Assembly (NCBI RefSeq): GCF_006345805.1
Contig: NC_042999.1
Coordinates: 22,320,001 to 22,384,000 of the forward strand
From: Octopus sinensis
Lineage: Eukaryota
DNA: 64,000 bases
Direction of reading: 5' to 3'
A program made the translations under genes and the position numbers. The notes beneath the pieces are model-generated. The model searched no databases. It saw only the letters and a program-made list of their open reading frames with translations, and was not told the origin of the DNA. Below, in pieces: positions 12,361-24,024 of the stretch; positions within the stretch are counted from its first letter, which is position 1; the number at the start of each line of letters is the position of its first letter.

Positions 12361-12756
12361 ACGAGAACCAGAATATTATAGTGTACATCTATTCATTTAA
12401 CGTTACTTCCCACGTCATCTTTAAAATGACTTTTCGCTGTAGATATTTTAGGATTTATTGAGCTGCAATGAATACCTTTGAATTCGACAGTATTTTTGCT
12501 GACGTCACTAAGTGTATTTGCTGCGTAGTTGTTTTGTTTTTTTCATGACATCACCACTCAGTTTCACACGTCAGCGTTCTTCTTTTATTTCATTATGGAA
12601 ATTTTCATAATTGAAAAGCTTCCGTCTCCGGTTCACACACACAGATATATATATATATTTATTCTTTTATTCTGTTATTCTTTTACTTGTTTCAGTTATT
12701 TAACTGCGGCCATGCTGAAGCACCAACTTGAAAGGCTTTAGTCGAACAAACCATCC

Positions 12757-12789
<33 letters not shown>

Positions 12790-12795
<6 letters not shown>

Positions 12796-13030
12796 CAAAC
12801 TGGGACAAGAACGTGAAACATTTAGAAGACGATACAAAAAACACGGACGGGACATTCGAAGCCTTCAATCTTCAGTCAAGAACCGGATCATCTTCGCAAT
12901 TTTCGGCTGATTAATCTTGAGATTGCTCCGATCTGGCCAGCCAAGCGCATTAGATTCCTTGGAAGAAAGCCTCGAATGTATACAAAACAAGGACGGAAAA
13001 ACGGACGATGTTACACGAGTAAAAATACAA
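12790..13030 (-). repeat. Diverged solo copy of the 1798-2040 repeat
   Basis: Reverse complement contains GGCTGGCCAGATCGGAGCAATCTCAAGATTAATCAGCCGAAA and TTGACTGAAGATTGAAGGCTTCGAATGTCCCGTCC. Confidence 0.85.
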
Positions 13031-13991
13031 TATATATATATATACTCTTTTACTCTTTTGGTTGTTTCAGTCACTTGACTGCGGCCACGCTGGAGCACCG
13101 CCTTTTAGTCGAGCAAATCGACCCCAGGAATAGCGACGAACGGATATTGACTAACAAACAAGCGATTGATCGTCAAGGTCGTCTAGCAGTGGGTTGTGCG
13201 ATGGACTCCAGTACCTGCGTAGATCGTAAATACTACTCAGGTCACAATTTTCAAATGTCCTTGATCTGACATTGCCTCAGGAGTGTATTGTGTATTCGCA
13301 ATAACCCGACAGATATGCCCAAGCTGGAGCCGCCAGCGAGCGAAACTATCCGAGATGAGCATTGTATGACAAAACCGTCTAGCAGTCATTCATCCAGTGT
13401 TTGTGCAACGCTGATATGTGGAGTTATTATGAACAGCTGTTACCATATGTGGTATCATGTGGGACGGTCTGGCTATCAGTCGAGACTACTGGGAATATCA
13501 AGCTAACAACTTCGTTCGACAAACAAGAGTGCCTCGTCTTCCTCTATCTTCAGCAGGGTTTTATTTCTATTTTTCATTCTCTGAAAATTCATTCACTAAC
13601 TTGAAGTGGAAGGCAAAGGTAGAGTCTACAAATTTCCAGTAAATACTATAAAAGATAAACGAGAGTGGAGAAATAAGCATTCACTATCACTATTTATACG
13701 ATTGTAGATAGAAGAAAAGCATTTATCTTTGATGTGTCTGTGTAATCCAGTATTTGTAGGGGATGATCCAAATCCCGTTAAGTGGTTCTCCTTCATTTAG
13801 GGATTCGTTTCTTGTTCCTATATTGGTCTCTGCTCTAGTATGTTATTTATTATTATCTATATATTCGTGTTTATTTACTGTTATTGCTAATCGAACGAAG
13901 TTACTCTGGGTGAACCTCTTCACAGTTTTCTTGCTCATTGTTTAGCTATATAATATCGGCTTCGTACTGACTCCGACAGCTTGAAATATTA

Positions 13992-14487
13992 AAAAAAAAT
14001 AATAAATGCGCCCTCTTAAAGCCTAGCCAGGCTCGTGAGCCCAGTTTCCCGGTTTCAATGACGTATATGTTCCCCAGTCCATCGCAGCGTTACTCATTTT
14101 TGCTAGCTGAGTAGACTGAAGCAACGTGAAATGAATTGTTTTGCTCAAGAACACAACGTGTCGCCCGGTCCAAGAATCGAAACCACAATCTTACGATCAT
14201 GATGCAGACACGCTAACCACTAAACCACGCGCCTCCACATGCCCTTTTTCAAAGCCTAGCCAGGCTCATGGGCCCGGTTTCCCGGTTTCAATGACGTATA
14301 TGTTCCCCAGCTGGATGGGACGCCAGTCCATCGCAGCGTTACTCATTTTTGCCAGCTGAGTGGACTGGAGTAACGTGAAATGAAGTGTTTTGCTCAAGAA
14401 CACAACGTGTCGTACTGTCCAGGAATCAAAACCACAATCTTACGATCATGATGCTGACACCCAAGCCACTAAGCCACGCGCCTCCAC
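13992..14487 (-). mobile_element. SINE family C head-to-tail dimer with one 12-bp TSD
   Basis: Two monomers with A-box-like TGG.TTAGTGG and B-box-like GGTTT(C/T)GATTC; CTTGAAATATTA at 13980-13991 and 14488-14499. Confidence 0.9.
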
Positions 14488-14562
14488 CTTGAAATATTAT
14501 GACCAATAAAAACTATTATTTTTCGTTATCATTATCATCATTGTGATTTTTATCCTTATATT

Positions 14563-14770
14563 TAAAGCGGCCACTGACAGAATCGTTAAAGCGTCAAAGT
14601 GCCTAGTAGAGTTTCTTCTAATTCCATATGCTCTAAGTTCAAATTCCGCTAAGTGCAGTCGTTATCTTTCATCATTTCGGGGTCGACAAAATAAATACCA
14701 ATCAAGTACTTGGAACGTTGTAATCTACAATTCTCCAAAACATTTCAGGCCTTGTGCCAAAATATGAAAT
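14563..14770 (+). mobile_element. SINE family A monomer, diverged
   Basis: AGTTCAAATTCCGC, TTTCGGGGTCGACAAAAT and GGCCTTGTGCC blocks. Confidence 0.75.
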
Positions 14771-14783
14771 TGTTGTTGTTGTT

Positions 14784-15310
14784 GAGTGATAGAGCAGCGC
14801 ATGCCACCAAAGTGACGCTGGGTTACAAATATATGAAGCTCAGTATACCCGTCAGATAAGGGTACATCAGGCTCATGCATCATAACCATATGTGCGCGAC
14901 ATGGTGATCTCATATCAAGATAATCCGCTCATGACCGTGCAGGTGAAGGCCCAGTTAGAATTTTATTCCGGCCGAGCAGCCCATCTTGCTCAAAAGGTCC
15001 CTGAATAAGAGTTGTTTAAGGATGTTGAATGAAACACCCATGTTTCCAGAGGTGAATTATTCAAACCTCAAACAATTCCTCTCGACAAATGATTTTATTG
15101 CTCCCCTACTACTCCTGCTCGTGATCAGAGATATACATATATTCAGCCACTAAGGGACAAGTTCAACTGTTTAAGGTCTAGCAACTGACAAGCAAATCTG
15201 TGGTATTGAGCAGAATATTTGCTGTAGCCTATCTTTTATACCAAGATGAAACAATGTAGATGATAACACTTCCAATCAGTTAAGATCAGAAGCCATAAGA
15301 TTCACTGCCT
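14784..15310 (+). mobile_element. ~530-550-bp non-coding element family D, copy 1 (orientation arbitrary)
   Basis: Aligns over its length with the reverse complement of 49228-49781; flanked by trinucleotide repeats. Confidence 0.85.
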
Positions 15311-15484
15311 ATGATTATCATTATTACTACTACTACTACTACTACTACCATTATCATTATTATTAAGATGGCAAGTTGGTAGATTCATTAGAAAATCGGA
15401 CAAAATGCTTTGTTGTATTTATCCCACTCTTTACGTTTTGGATTAAAATGCTGCTGAGGTCAATATTTCAATTATGGTAATAAA

Positions 15485-15772
15485 ATAAGAGGCACTCCGT
15501 CGGTTACGACGGCGAGTTTTGCAGTTGATCCGATCAAAGGAACAGCTTGCTAGTGAAATTATCGTGCAAGTGGTAGGGCACTCAACAGATATGCTCATCC
15601 TTAACGCGGGTCCTTTAAATTACACGTACAACTCTTTTTTGCCAGCTGAGTAGACTGGAGCAACGTGATATAACGTGGCTTGCTCAAGGACTCGACGCGT
15701 CGCCGGGAATCGAACTCGCAGCCTAACGATCATGAGCCGAGTACCCTAACCACTAAGCCATGCACCTTCACT
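15485..15772 (-). mobile_element. SINE with family-C head/core and a different 3' module
   Basis: Head GTGAAGGTGCATGGCTTAGTGGTTAGGG...GTTCGATTCCCGG and CTCCAGTCTACTCAGCTGGCAAAA core shared with family C; downstream part differs. Confidence 0.75.
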
Positions 15773-15944
15773 TCAATAAAACAGTATCATTCAATTCGTG
15801 GGATCGATGGAATCGGTTTACCTTCTCCCGTTAAATTTTCTGGCCTGAATCAGAAGACACTCCTCTTTACACTTTCGACTTTAAATGTCGTCCAGGTCAA
15901 TTTTTGTCTTTCATTCCTTCAGGAACGAGAAAATGAAGAACCAG

Positions 15945-16223
15945 GGAATTTCAACCGTGTTTCGTGGTCTGCTACCACAACAGCTCCTTTATAGAATCCA
16001 GTTAGCTCAAGACATCATCAGGAGGAACCATGTCCGGTTTTGGCCCCTACTCCTCTACCGTTTTGACGTGGCGGGACCCCCCCCCTTTCGGAGTTGACTT
16101 CAGCTCTGGCATTGGGTGCATGTCTTCTTTCTTCTGTTCCCTGGCCTCTTCGATGTAGCGTCAACGAGTGTCAGCGGGCGAATAACTGACTTGTCAAATT
16201 TTTTCCCTTTAAATACCTGCTGC
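15945..16223 (-). repeat. Repeat family P3, copy 1 (TATA-like box and split hammerhead-like core)
   Basis: Aligns with 18579-18862; minus strand has GGTATTTAAAGGG, then CTGATGA...GTGGTAGCAGACCAC GAAACACGGTT. Confidence 0.8.
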
Positions 16224-16907
16224 CAGGCTCCAGCAGGCAGCCCCAGCAAATTGTCACGTGAGACTGTCTCAACTTTAACTGACCAATGAAGGCGCGTAGT
16301 CTTAGCTAAACGACCGTCACCTGTCAGTCAGCGAAGCTAATTTAGTGTCAGCTTGTCTCACTGGTGACTAATACTCTTGACTAACTCACTGCTCTCAACT
16401 CAAAATCATTTGGCTTTACACCTACATATGAAACAGTAGCTATGATAGTGATGATGATGGCGATACTAGTAGTAGTAGTTGTAGTAGTAGCAGCAGCAGC
16501 AGCCATCTTTCGACCTTGCCTTCCAGTCTTCTGTCAATTTTCCTACTTCATTTATTCCTAATTACGTTAGTTTCTATTATTATTTTAACCCTTTTAGCCA
16601 TTATTTTTATTATATATTTCTCTGTTTTATGAACTCCACTCTCAACACCATGTCAATCTCTTATACTTTATTTAATGTTTATCGCATTATCTATCAATTT
16701 ATCTATCATATATTTATCTCATTAAGTTTATATAAATATTAATAATTTTTATTCAGTTTTACCTTTTATTTATAATATTTTTTTTTTTATCTTCATCATC
16801 ATTTTACGAAATATATTTCCATCTTGTACTATCTACGTTTTCTCGCTGCCTACATTAATGAGCACTCCTCCAAAAATATTCATATAATGAACAAAGTTAC
16901 GAATCTA

Positions 16908-17475
16908 TTAGGTTGTCCGGAGAAAGTTCGTGCCGATTTTTAAAGGAAAGAAAAAGGTCAATAAATACTTGCCATTACATTTTCAATCAACCAAATATGA
17001 ACCATTTTGTTGCACAATGCGTCTCCATCTTTCCTTTAACTTGAAAATACCCTCTTCCCAGAATTGAGGTGGTTTCATGGCAAAGAATTCATCAAGCTAT
17101 CTTTTTACGTCATCTAAGGAATTGAAATTTTTACCATTAAGACTATTCTGCAGAGACCTAAATAAGTGGAAATCCGAAGGAGCAATATCTGTTGAATATG
17201 GAGGGTGGGATAACACATCCCAGCCGAGCTGCAGCAATTTTTGTCTGGTTCCCAAAGCATCAAGTGCCGAAAATGAACTTTCTTATCTTCCATTTCAAAG
17301 GGTTACGGAATTAACACAGGTTATAGGAACATAAACCTTCTTCCACGAAAAGAGAGCTTAAACTGTGCTCTAAATGGAGGTGTAGTCAAATCTTATTTTA
17401 TGGACTCAGCCATGTTCTAAAATAAGTCGAAAGGTAAGCCACTATAAATCGGCACGAACTTTCCGGACAACCCAA
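16908..17475 (-). mobile_element. Internally deleted mariner transposon with TIRs and TA TSD
   Basis: TIRs TTAGGTTGTCCGGAGAAAGTTCGTGCCGATTT / AAATCGGCACGAACTTTCCGGACAACCCAA; N-terminus MEDKKVHFRHLMLW (ATG 17293) joined out of frame to C-terminus GTRQKLLQLGWDVLSHPPYSTDIAPSDFHLFRSL...ERWRRIVQQNGSY. Confidence 0.95.
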
Positions 17476-17717
17476 TATTTTTCCAACCCTCAAACAGGAC
17501 TCCTTGCTTATTTAATACATCTTTTATCATTAGGTTACGGCCAATTCCTTGAAGAATTTTTAGTCAATTCATTCGTTTTCAGTACTTAATTTTTTAAGCT
17601 TTGTACTTTTTCTATTGGTCCTTTTCGTAGGGCCGCTAAGTTACGATATCATAAACACACACTTGACACACACACACGCACGCACACACACACACACACT
17701 CATATATATATATATAT

Positions 17718-17971
17718 AAAATAAATGCGCCCTTTTAAAGCCTAGCCAGTTTCATGGGCCCGGTTTCCCGGTTTCAATGGTGTGTGTTCCCCAGCTGGAC
17801 GGGACGCCAGTCCATCGCAGCGTTACTCATTGTTGCCAGCTGAGTGGACTGGAGCAACGTGAAATGAAGTGTTTTGCTCAAGAACACAACGCGTCACCCG
17901 GTCCAGGAATCGAAACCACAATCTTACGATCATGGTGCTAACACCCTAACCACTAAGCCACGCGCCTCCAC
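17718..17971 (-). mobile_element. SINE family C monomer
   Basis: Same head, core and GAAACCGGGCCCATG...GGGCGCATTTATT tail as 13992-14487. Confidence 0.9.
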
Positions 17972-18015
17972 ACACACACACAAACACACACACACACACA
18001 ACACACACACACACA

Positions 18016-18071
<56 letters not shown>

Positions 18072-18487
18072 CACACACATACATATATATGTTTACACAC
18101 ACACAAATACATTTACCTGGAGCATAGAAATACTGAATACTAAGAGAATACATAATTTCTGAAGCTGACAGCTGCTTCAGGAAGGTTGGAGTTACGCAAT
18201 AATTGTAATATCCATAATTTGCAAATGGAATATGCAAAATATTTTGAGTATGCAACCAGTAAACAGTTACACGAGGATATAATAATAAGTCTGCCTTCCC
18301 ACATCAAAAGAAACTTGACAAAAGCAGTTGATATAGTAGTGCCAGGGATTTAAAGGTTGAAGAGAAAGAGGGTGAAGAATGAGAACAAACGGTAGGGAGA
18401 GAGAGAGGGAGAGAAGAAAAATGCAAGGCAGGGAGATGGGGAGGGTTTCTTTGGCCTATGAAGAATGAATAGATGTACAATAGATGA

Positions 18488-18524
<37 letters not shown>

Positions 18525-18578
18525 GGGGAAGATAAAATTAAGATCAGGCGAAGGAGAGTGCCACTGCTGGTCAAGCGA

Positions 18579-18862
18579 GGAATTTCAACCGTGTTTCGTG
18601 GTTTGCTACCACAACAGCTCCTTTATAGAATCCAGTTAGCTCAAGACATTATCAGGATGAACCACGTCCGGTTTCGGCCCCTACTTCTCTACCGTTTTGA
18701 CGTGGCGGGGCCCCCGCTTTCGGAGGTGTCTTCAGTTCTGGTGTTGGGTGCATGTCTTCTTTCTTCTTCTTTCTTCTGTTCCCTAGCCTCTTCGGTGTAG
18801 CGTCAACGAGTGTCAGCCGGCGACTGACTGTCTTGTCAAATTTCCCTTTAAATACCTGCTGC
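18579..18862 (-). repeat. Repeat family P3, copy 2
   Basis: Aligns with 15945-16223; core reads CTGATAA instead of CTGATGA. Confidence 0.8.
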
Positions 18863-19892
18863 TCACTAAGCAGACAATAACTCAGTTAGGGATGATAGCT
18901 GACCATTCAGAGAGACAGGAAGAGATAAGCAATGAACGAAAGGAATGAGAGTGGGGGTAGCAGGAGAAGAACATATGTTAAGATAGGAAGAATCATACTA
19001 GGAGATAGAGAATGAAAAAGGTTTTAGCATGACTAAGTAATAAGGCTTGACTACAATTTGTAGAAATCATAAAGACTTTATGCAAAGGGCGAAAGTGGAA
19101 TAATATTCGTGTTTACACGAGAAGATTACGTCAGGGAACTTACTGAATAACGAGGCATAATTATGGCGAAGGATAGTGGGCGATTTTTCTGCAAATCGGC
19201 TTACAAACACGGTACTTAATGTTGTACGGAGAAGCCCCACAGAATATGGACCGGGATTAGGTGTAAGGAATATTCTGGGACCTGAGGTATTGTGTGTAGT
19301 GTGTGTTGCCAGGGAAGTAGAGAGTTTGGCGGCTCCATTTCAGAAGGAATTTAGGCGAGTGCACTAGTAGCGCTTAATATCAACAACGCCGCCAGTGTAG
19401 ACTCTAGCCGAGTAGGAAGAAGAGGTTATTACCAGGCATTTATATACATTATAGCGTTATCAAAAATCACCTAACAGACATAGTTGGGAGAACCAACAAT
19501 TACAGGTTTTCCCACTAGCTTAGGATGAATCCATATTCCTATATGATTCCTATGAACCTTAATCCTCGAGGTAGGACCGGAGGTGTTATCGTTACCAGTA
19601 TAGGGCAGGGAGAAGGTATCAATGCTGTCACATGTGCTAGGGTTACTAATACGAGAGGCGATGGCACCACGGTTGATGTTATTGAAGTGGGTAAGATACC
19701 CGAAGCTCACAGTATTAGTATCTGGCGGTTTATGGTGGGGTCCAAGCAGATAGTTCTTAGGACTCACAGTAAGGCGGCTAAGTTTGTGCCAATTAGAAGA
19801 GGCAATTATAGAACCCATAATTACTACCCCATATTTAATAAATCTCCGATTAATCTATCGTATTATATAACACTAAACTAGAGATCTATGTG

Positions 19893-19938
<46 letters not shown>

Positions 19939-20052
19939 TCAATATAGGGTAGCAAAAAATTCAATAGAAATTTTTTCGCCACCAGCGGTCTAGTGAGAAA
20001 GAGAAAATAGTCAGAGACTATATATATAAATTCATATCTTATATATATAGTC

Positions 20053-20116
<64 letters not shown>

Positions 20117-20129
20117 TTATGTACGTATG

Positions 20130-20337
20130 TAGTTAGAATTTACAGAAAACAAAAGACGAAGACAGGTAAGGGAACCACTAGCAGGTGTGTTAGTTTGACA
20201 CTCGGGATGAACGGAAAAGTCCTTGACGTTTCGAGCCTGCAATCTTCGACGAGAAGGATAGAGAGGGGGAAAATTGGGAGAGAACGAAAAATAAGCGAAG
20301 AGAGGAAAAATGTGTAGGGATTAACGATTCAACACGA
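20130..20337 (-). mobile_element. Short repeat P2 (putative PLE pseudo-LTR) with degenerate hammerhead-like motif at 20221-20257
   Basis: CCUU ... GCUC GAAA CG UC AAGG; same layout as P1 (pyrimidine tract, motif, T-rich tail, TA microsatellite). Single copy in the window. Confidence 0.4.
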
Positions 20338-20761
20338 TATATATATATATATATATATTATTTATTTATTTATTTATTTTCATGTTTGTTATTTTATAAT
20401 AATTACTGGTATCCTTATATATTATTATATTTTATATCTTGTATGTACTGCTTAATATGATATATGTATGTATATTATTGTAATTATCAGTTTAGTAAAT
20501 AAATATAAGTTAACATAATATAATGTCTAAAAGTTGATGAACCACCTATTGATCCCCTCCATTTTCTTATTGCTCTATAAATTAATGGTAAAATATATCT
20601 TTACCTTCACTCATTTAGTAAACTAAGTATGTAATTGCAATGCAATAAAAACACTTGTGTATTAATAATTGGGTATTCTACCAGCAGTATACTGGATAGA
20701 TATTATCCCTTAGTTGGTTGGATTCACAACCTCTAACTTTCTTGGAGTTTTATATATATAA

Positions 20762-20992
20762 AGTTAATCCAAACAAGAAAACAGAAAAAAGAGAAAAAAA
20801 GAGAGAAAGAGAAAAAAACACAGCAACGCAGGACGTGGAACAATTAAAGTATTATTGACGCTCAGGAAAGAAGGGAAGGAGGGTTTAACGTTTCGAGCGG
20901 AGCTCTTCGTCGGAAACAAGGAGAAGAAAGATCCCAAGGAGGGAAGACAGAGGAGAAAATATTTGAGCGGGTGGTGCTCAAGAGATCACACA
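20762..20992 (-). mobile_element. Repeat family P1, copy 2 (motif at 20883-20917)
   Basis: GUUU CCGACGA A GAGC UCC GCUC GAAA CG UU AAAC: perfect stems I and II. Confidence 0.65.
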
Positions 20993-21021
20993 CACACACA
21001 CACATATATATATATAGATAT

Positions 21022-21068
<47 letters not shown>

Positions 21069-21479
21069 TATAGATATATATATATATAGATATAGATATA
21101 TATATATATATACATATATATATACACAAAATTTATATAGTAGGTAAGTAGGTAGGTAGGTAGGTAGGTAGGTAGGTACATAGGTACGTACATAAGAGTG
21201 TAGTAGTACGTTGGTAGATGGATAAGTTGGTAGACAGATAGACAGCTAGGTGAGAGAGAGAGAGAGAGAGAAAAGAAAGATGAAAATGTAAGAAACTATA
21301 TCATCTGCCATTAGCTGTTCCGGTAACGATGTATAAACTTCTAAGAGATTTTACTCTGACTATTTACTCGGCATCAAATGAAAAGACGAGAGCGATTCGT
21401 AGATTTATTATAGATAGTTAAAATAACCTTTCAAAGCTTTGACCACACTCACGTTATAAGTTGGTATGCTGAAAATGAA

Positions 21480-21501
21480 AACAGCTTTCTATTCTTCATA
21501 C

Positions 21502-21533
<32 letters not shown>

Positions 21534-21625
21534 TATATATACAGATATATATGTACATATATATTCATATATATATATATATATATATAATATAATATAT
21601 ATACAGATATATATGTACATATATA

Positions 21626-21664
<39 letters not shown>

Positions 21665-21746
21665 TATATATTCATATATATATATACAGATATATGTATG
21701 TATATATATATATATATATATTCATATATATATGTGTTTATATATA

Positions 21747-21791
<45 letters not shown>

Positions 21792-22030
21792 TATACATAT
21801 ATATATGTATGTTTGTATGTATGTATCTATGTATGTACCTATGTATTTGTGCGTATATATATATATATGCAGATATATATGTATATATATACATAAGTAC
21901 ATATATATATTCATATATATGTGTATATATATATACGTATGTGTATATATATATAATATATATATATATATATGTGTGGTGTGTATATATATATATATGT
22001 ATGTATATATGTATGTATATATACGAATTT
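21480..22030. repeat. (TA)n-derived compound array with repeated TACAGATATATATGTACATATATATTCA units
   Basis: Seen directly. Confidence 0.9.
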
Positions 22031-22501
22031 TTGTTCACCTTTGTAAACATACTCAGTTCGTCAGTTAACTTTTAACAATGACATCTAAAGTTGCCATTAC
22101 AATATGTAGAAGTGGGTGAGTGTGGCTGGGCATACAATTGCGTACGTGAATGTGTGTGTGTGTATGAGTGCGTATATGTGTGTCCGTATATTAGTATTTG
22201 TGTTTGAGACATATAAATATTATGAAAGAGAAAGAGACGGGGGTACGTGTGTATATATGTGTGTTTGCACACGCGCGTGTGTAAGTGTGTGTGTGTATGT
22301 GTTTGAGCGTGAGACTGTCTATCTTTTAAACGGTGAATATTCATAAACATTTATTCAAAAGTGAAAATTGTGACAAACACATTTTCGGCCATCATGTTTA
22401 CATAACCTTACATTTATATATACCTAGGTGTGTGTATGTATGCGTGTAAAGGTGTATGTCGTGTTTGGTGCGTATGTATATATAAACGAAGCTCTTTGTA
22501 A

Positions 22502-22534
<33 letters not shown>

Positions 22535-24024
22535 TGTGTGTGTGTGTGTGTCAAGGAATATGAATATATCACGAAGAATAAAAAAAATGATAAGAGAAAC
22601 AAATAACAACAGAAAAACGTTATGTTTTCACACTCGATGTTACTGAACTGAATCTCTGGGTAGGAGAGAGTTAATGGCTGTAACGTTCGTACGTTTTCCA
22701 CCTTTGTATAGCTGGAGAAAGAAAAAAAAAACCTGGAGAAAGTGAGGAATGAAACGGAAGAAAGTAGTGGAGAAATAGTAAAAAGGACAATCTTGGTGAA
22801 AGGTCCCACGTGGATCTGGTTCATATTTTGGCTGCTGATTGCTATACACGCATACAAATATATAGGTATACATCTCTCTATATATAAACGGCAGTTTGTC
22901 TGTGCGTGCTTCTGTGTGTCTGTTTTCTCGTACCCTCACCCTGACCACGGCTTTCAACCGATTCTGATGAAACTTGACACACACATAGCCCAATGTCATA
23001 ATTCAAAACTAACGAAGCGAAATTTTGAAAAGTTCCCCCAGTTCTGAAAAAAATTGATAAATTCGACATGGGGTCGAGAATCATAAACATGAACCACAGA
23101 CTGTCTAGGGGACGCAACTCGAGAATCTAAGCTTTTTTTATGCAACGCATCATCTATGGTAGTTTTCACAACTTGCAATCGATTTTCACCAAACTCATGG
23201 TGAAGCTTAATGTTACCCTAAGAAACTCAATTCTGACGTTAGTTTTCCATGCAATACCTTACCATCAGAAACAATCGATAAAATCATGCCATTTTGGGAA
23301 ATCGCGTTCAAATTCAAGATGACATATTTTCGACAATATCTTTCACAAATTGGCAGGAATCTTTTTTTTTTCACAACGAGCATCATGTCTGCTCCAAGGA
23401 GCTATATAGCCCTTTTTATTCCAATAGGATACATTATTGGAAAAGATCGGTTCATTTAATCATATGTGGCACACATAGCAAACAAATTTGTGTTATTAAA
23501 CACAAACCAGACTGTCTAGGGGGGACGCAACTTGACCTTTTAGCTATCGATAATTCGATCCAACCATTCCTACCAGAAGAAGAAATTACATTCGAGACTT
23601 TACCCCCAACACCGCCACTTCTGCTAATAGCTGCTGCAGCCGCAAGTTATTCGAATACTTTTTGGGTTTAAACTTTCTTTATAACTACCTCCCCAAACGT
23701 TTTACCTTCAATTTTTGACGTACCCTAACGGTCCTCGGACGCTACTTGCAAACTCTTGGTTTATTATAAACCACTTTTGTCGTGTGCATCAAAAAACTTT
23801 TCCTTTCGTTTGTTCAGTTTGATCACTTTTGACTTTTTCGTTGTTGTCACTCACATTGCTGCCAGCTTTTTGGCCGTTTTTGTACATTTTTATACATTTT
23901 CGGATACTTACCCCACGAGCTCCTTTTTATTACACCTTTACCAAACACATTGCTATCCACCAAAATACTTACCCCACGTTTCCTTTTTATTACACCTTTG
24001 CCAAACACATTGCTATCCACCAAA

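Noticed and set aside
13992-14487. tRNA genes suggested by A-box and B-box motifs (also other SINE heads)
   Set aside because: No complete cloverleaf; heads continue into SINE cores and tails.
18718-18735. Minus-strand CTGAAGA-CACCTCC-GAAA
   Set aside because: Stem II cannot pair, no UH closes stem III, and the paralogous copy reads CTGAAGT.
22964-22970. CTGATGA in the Helitron 5' region
   Set aside because: No downstream GAAA or stems.
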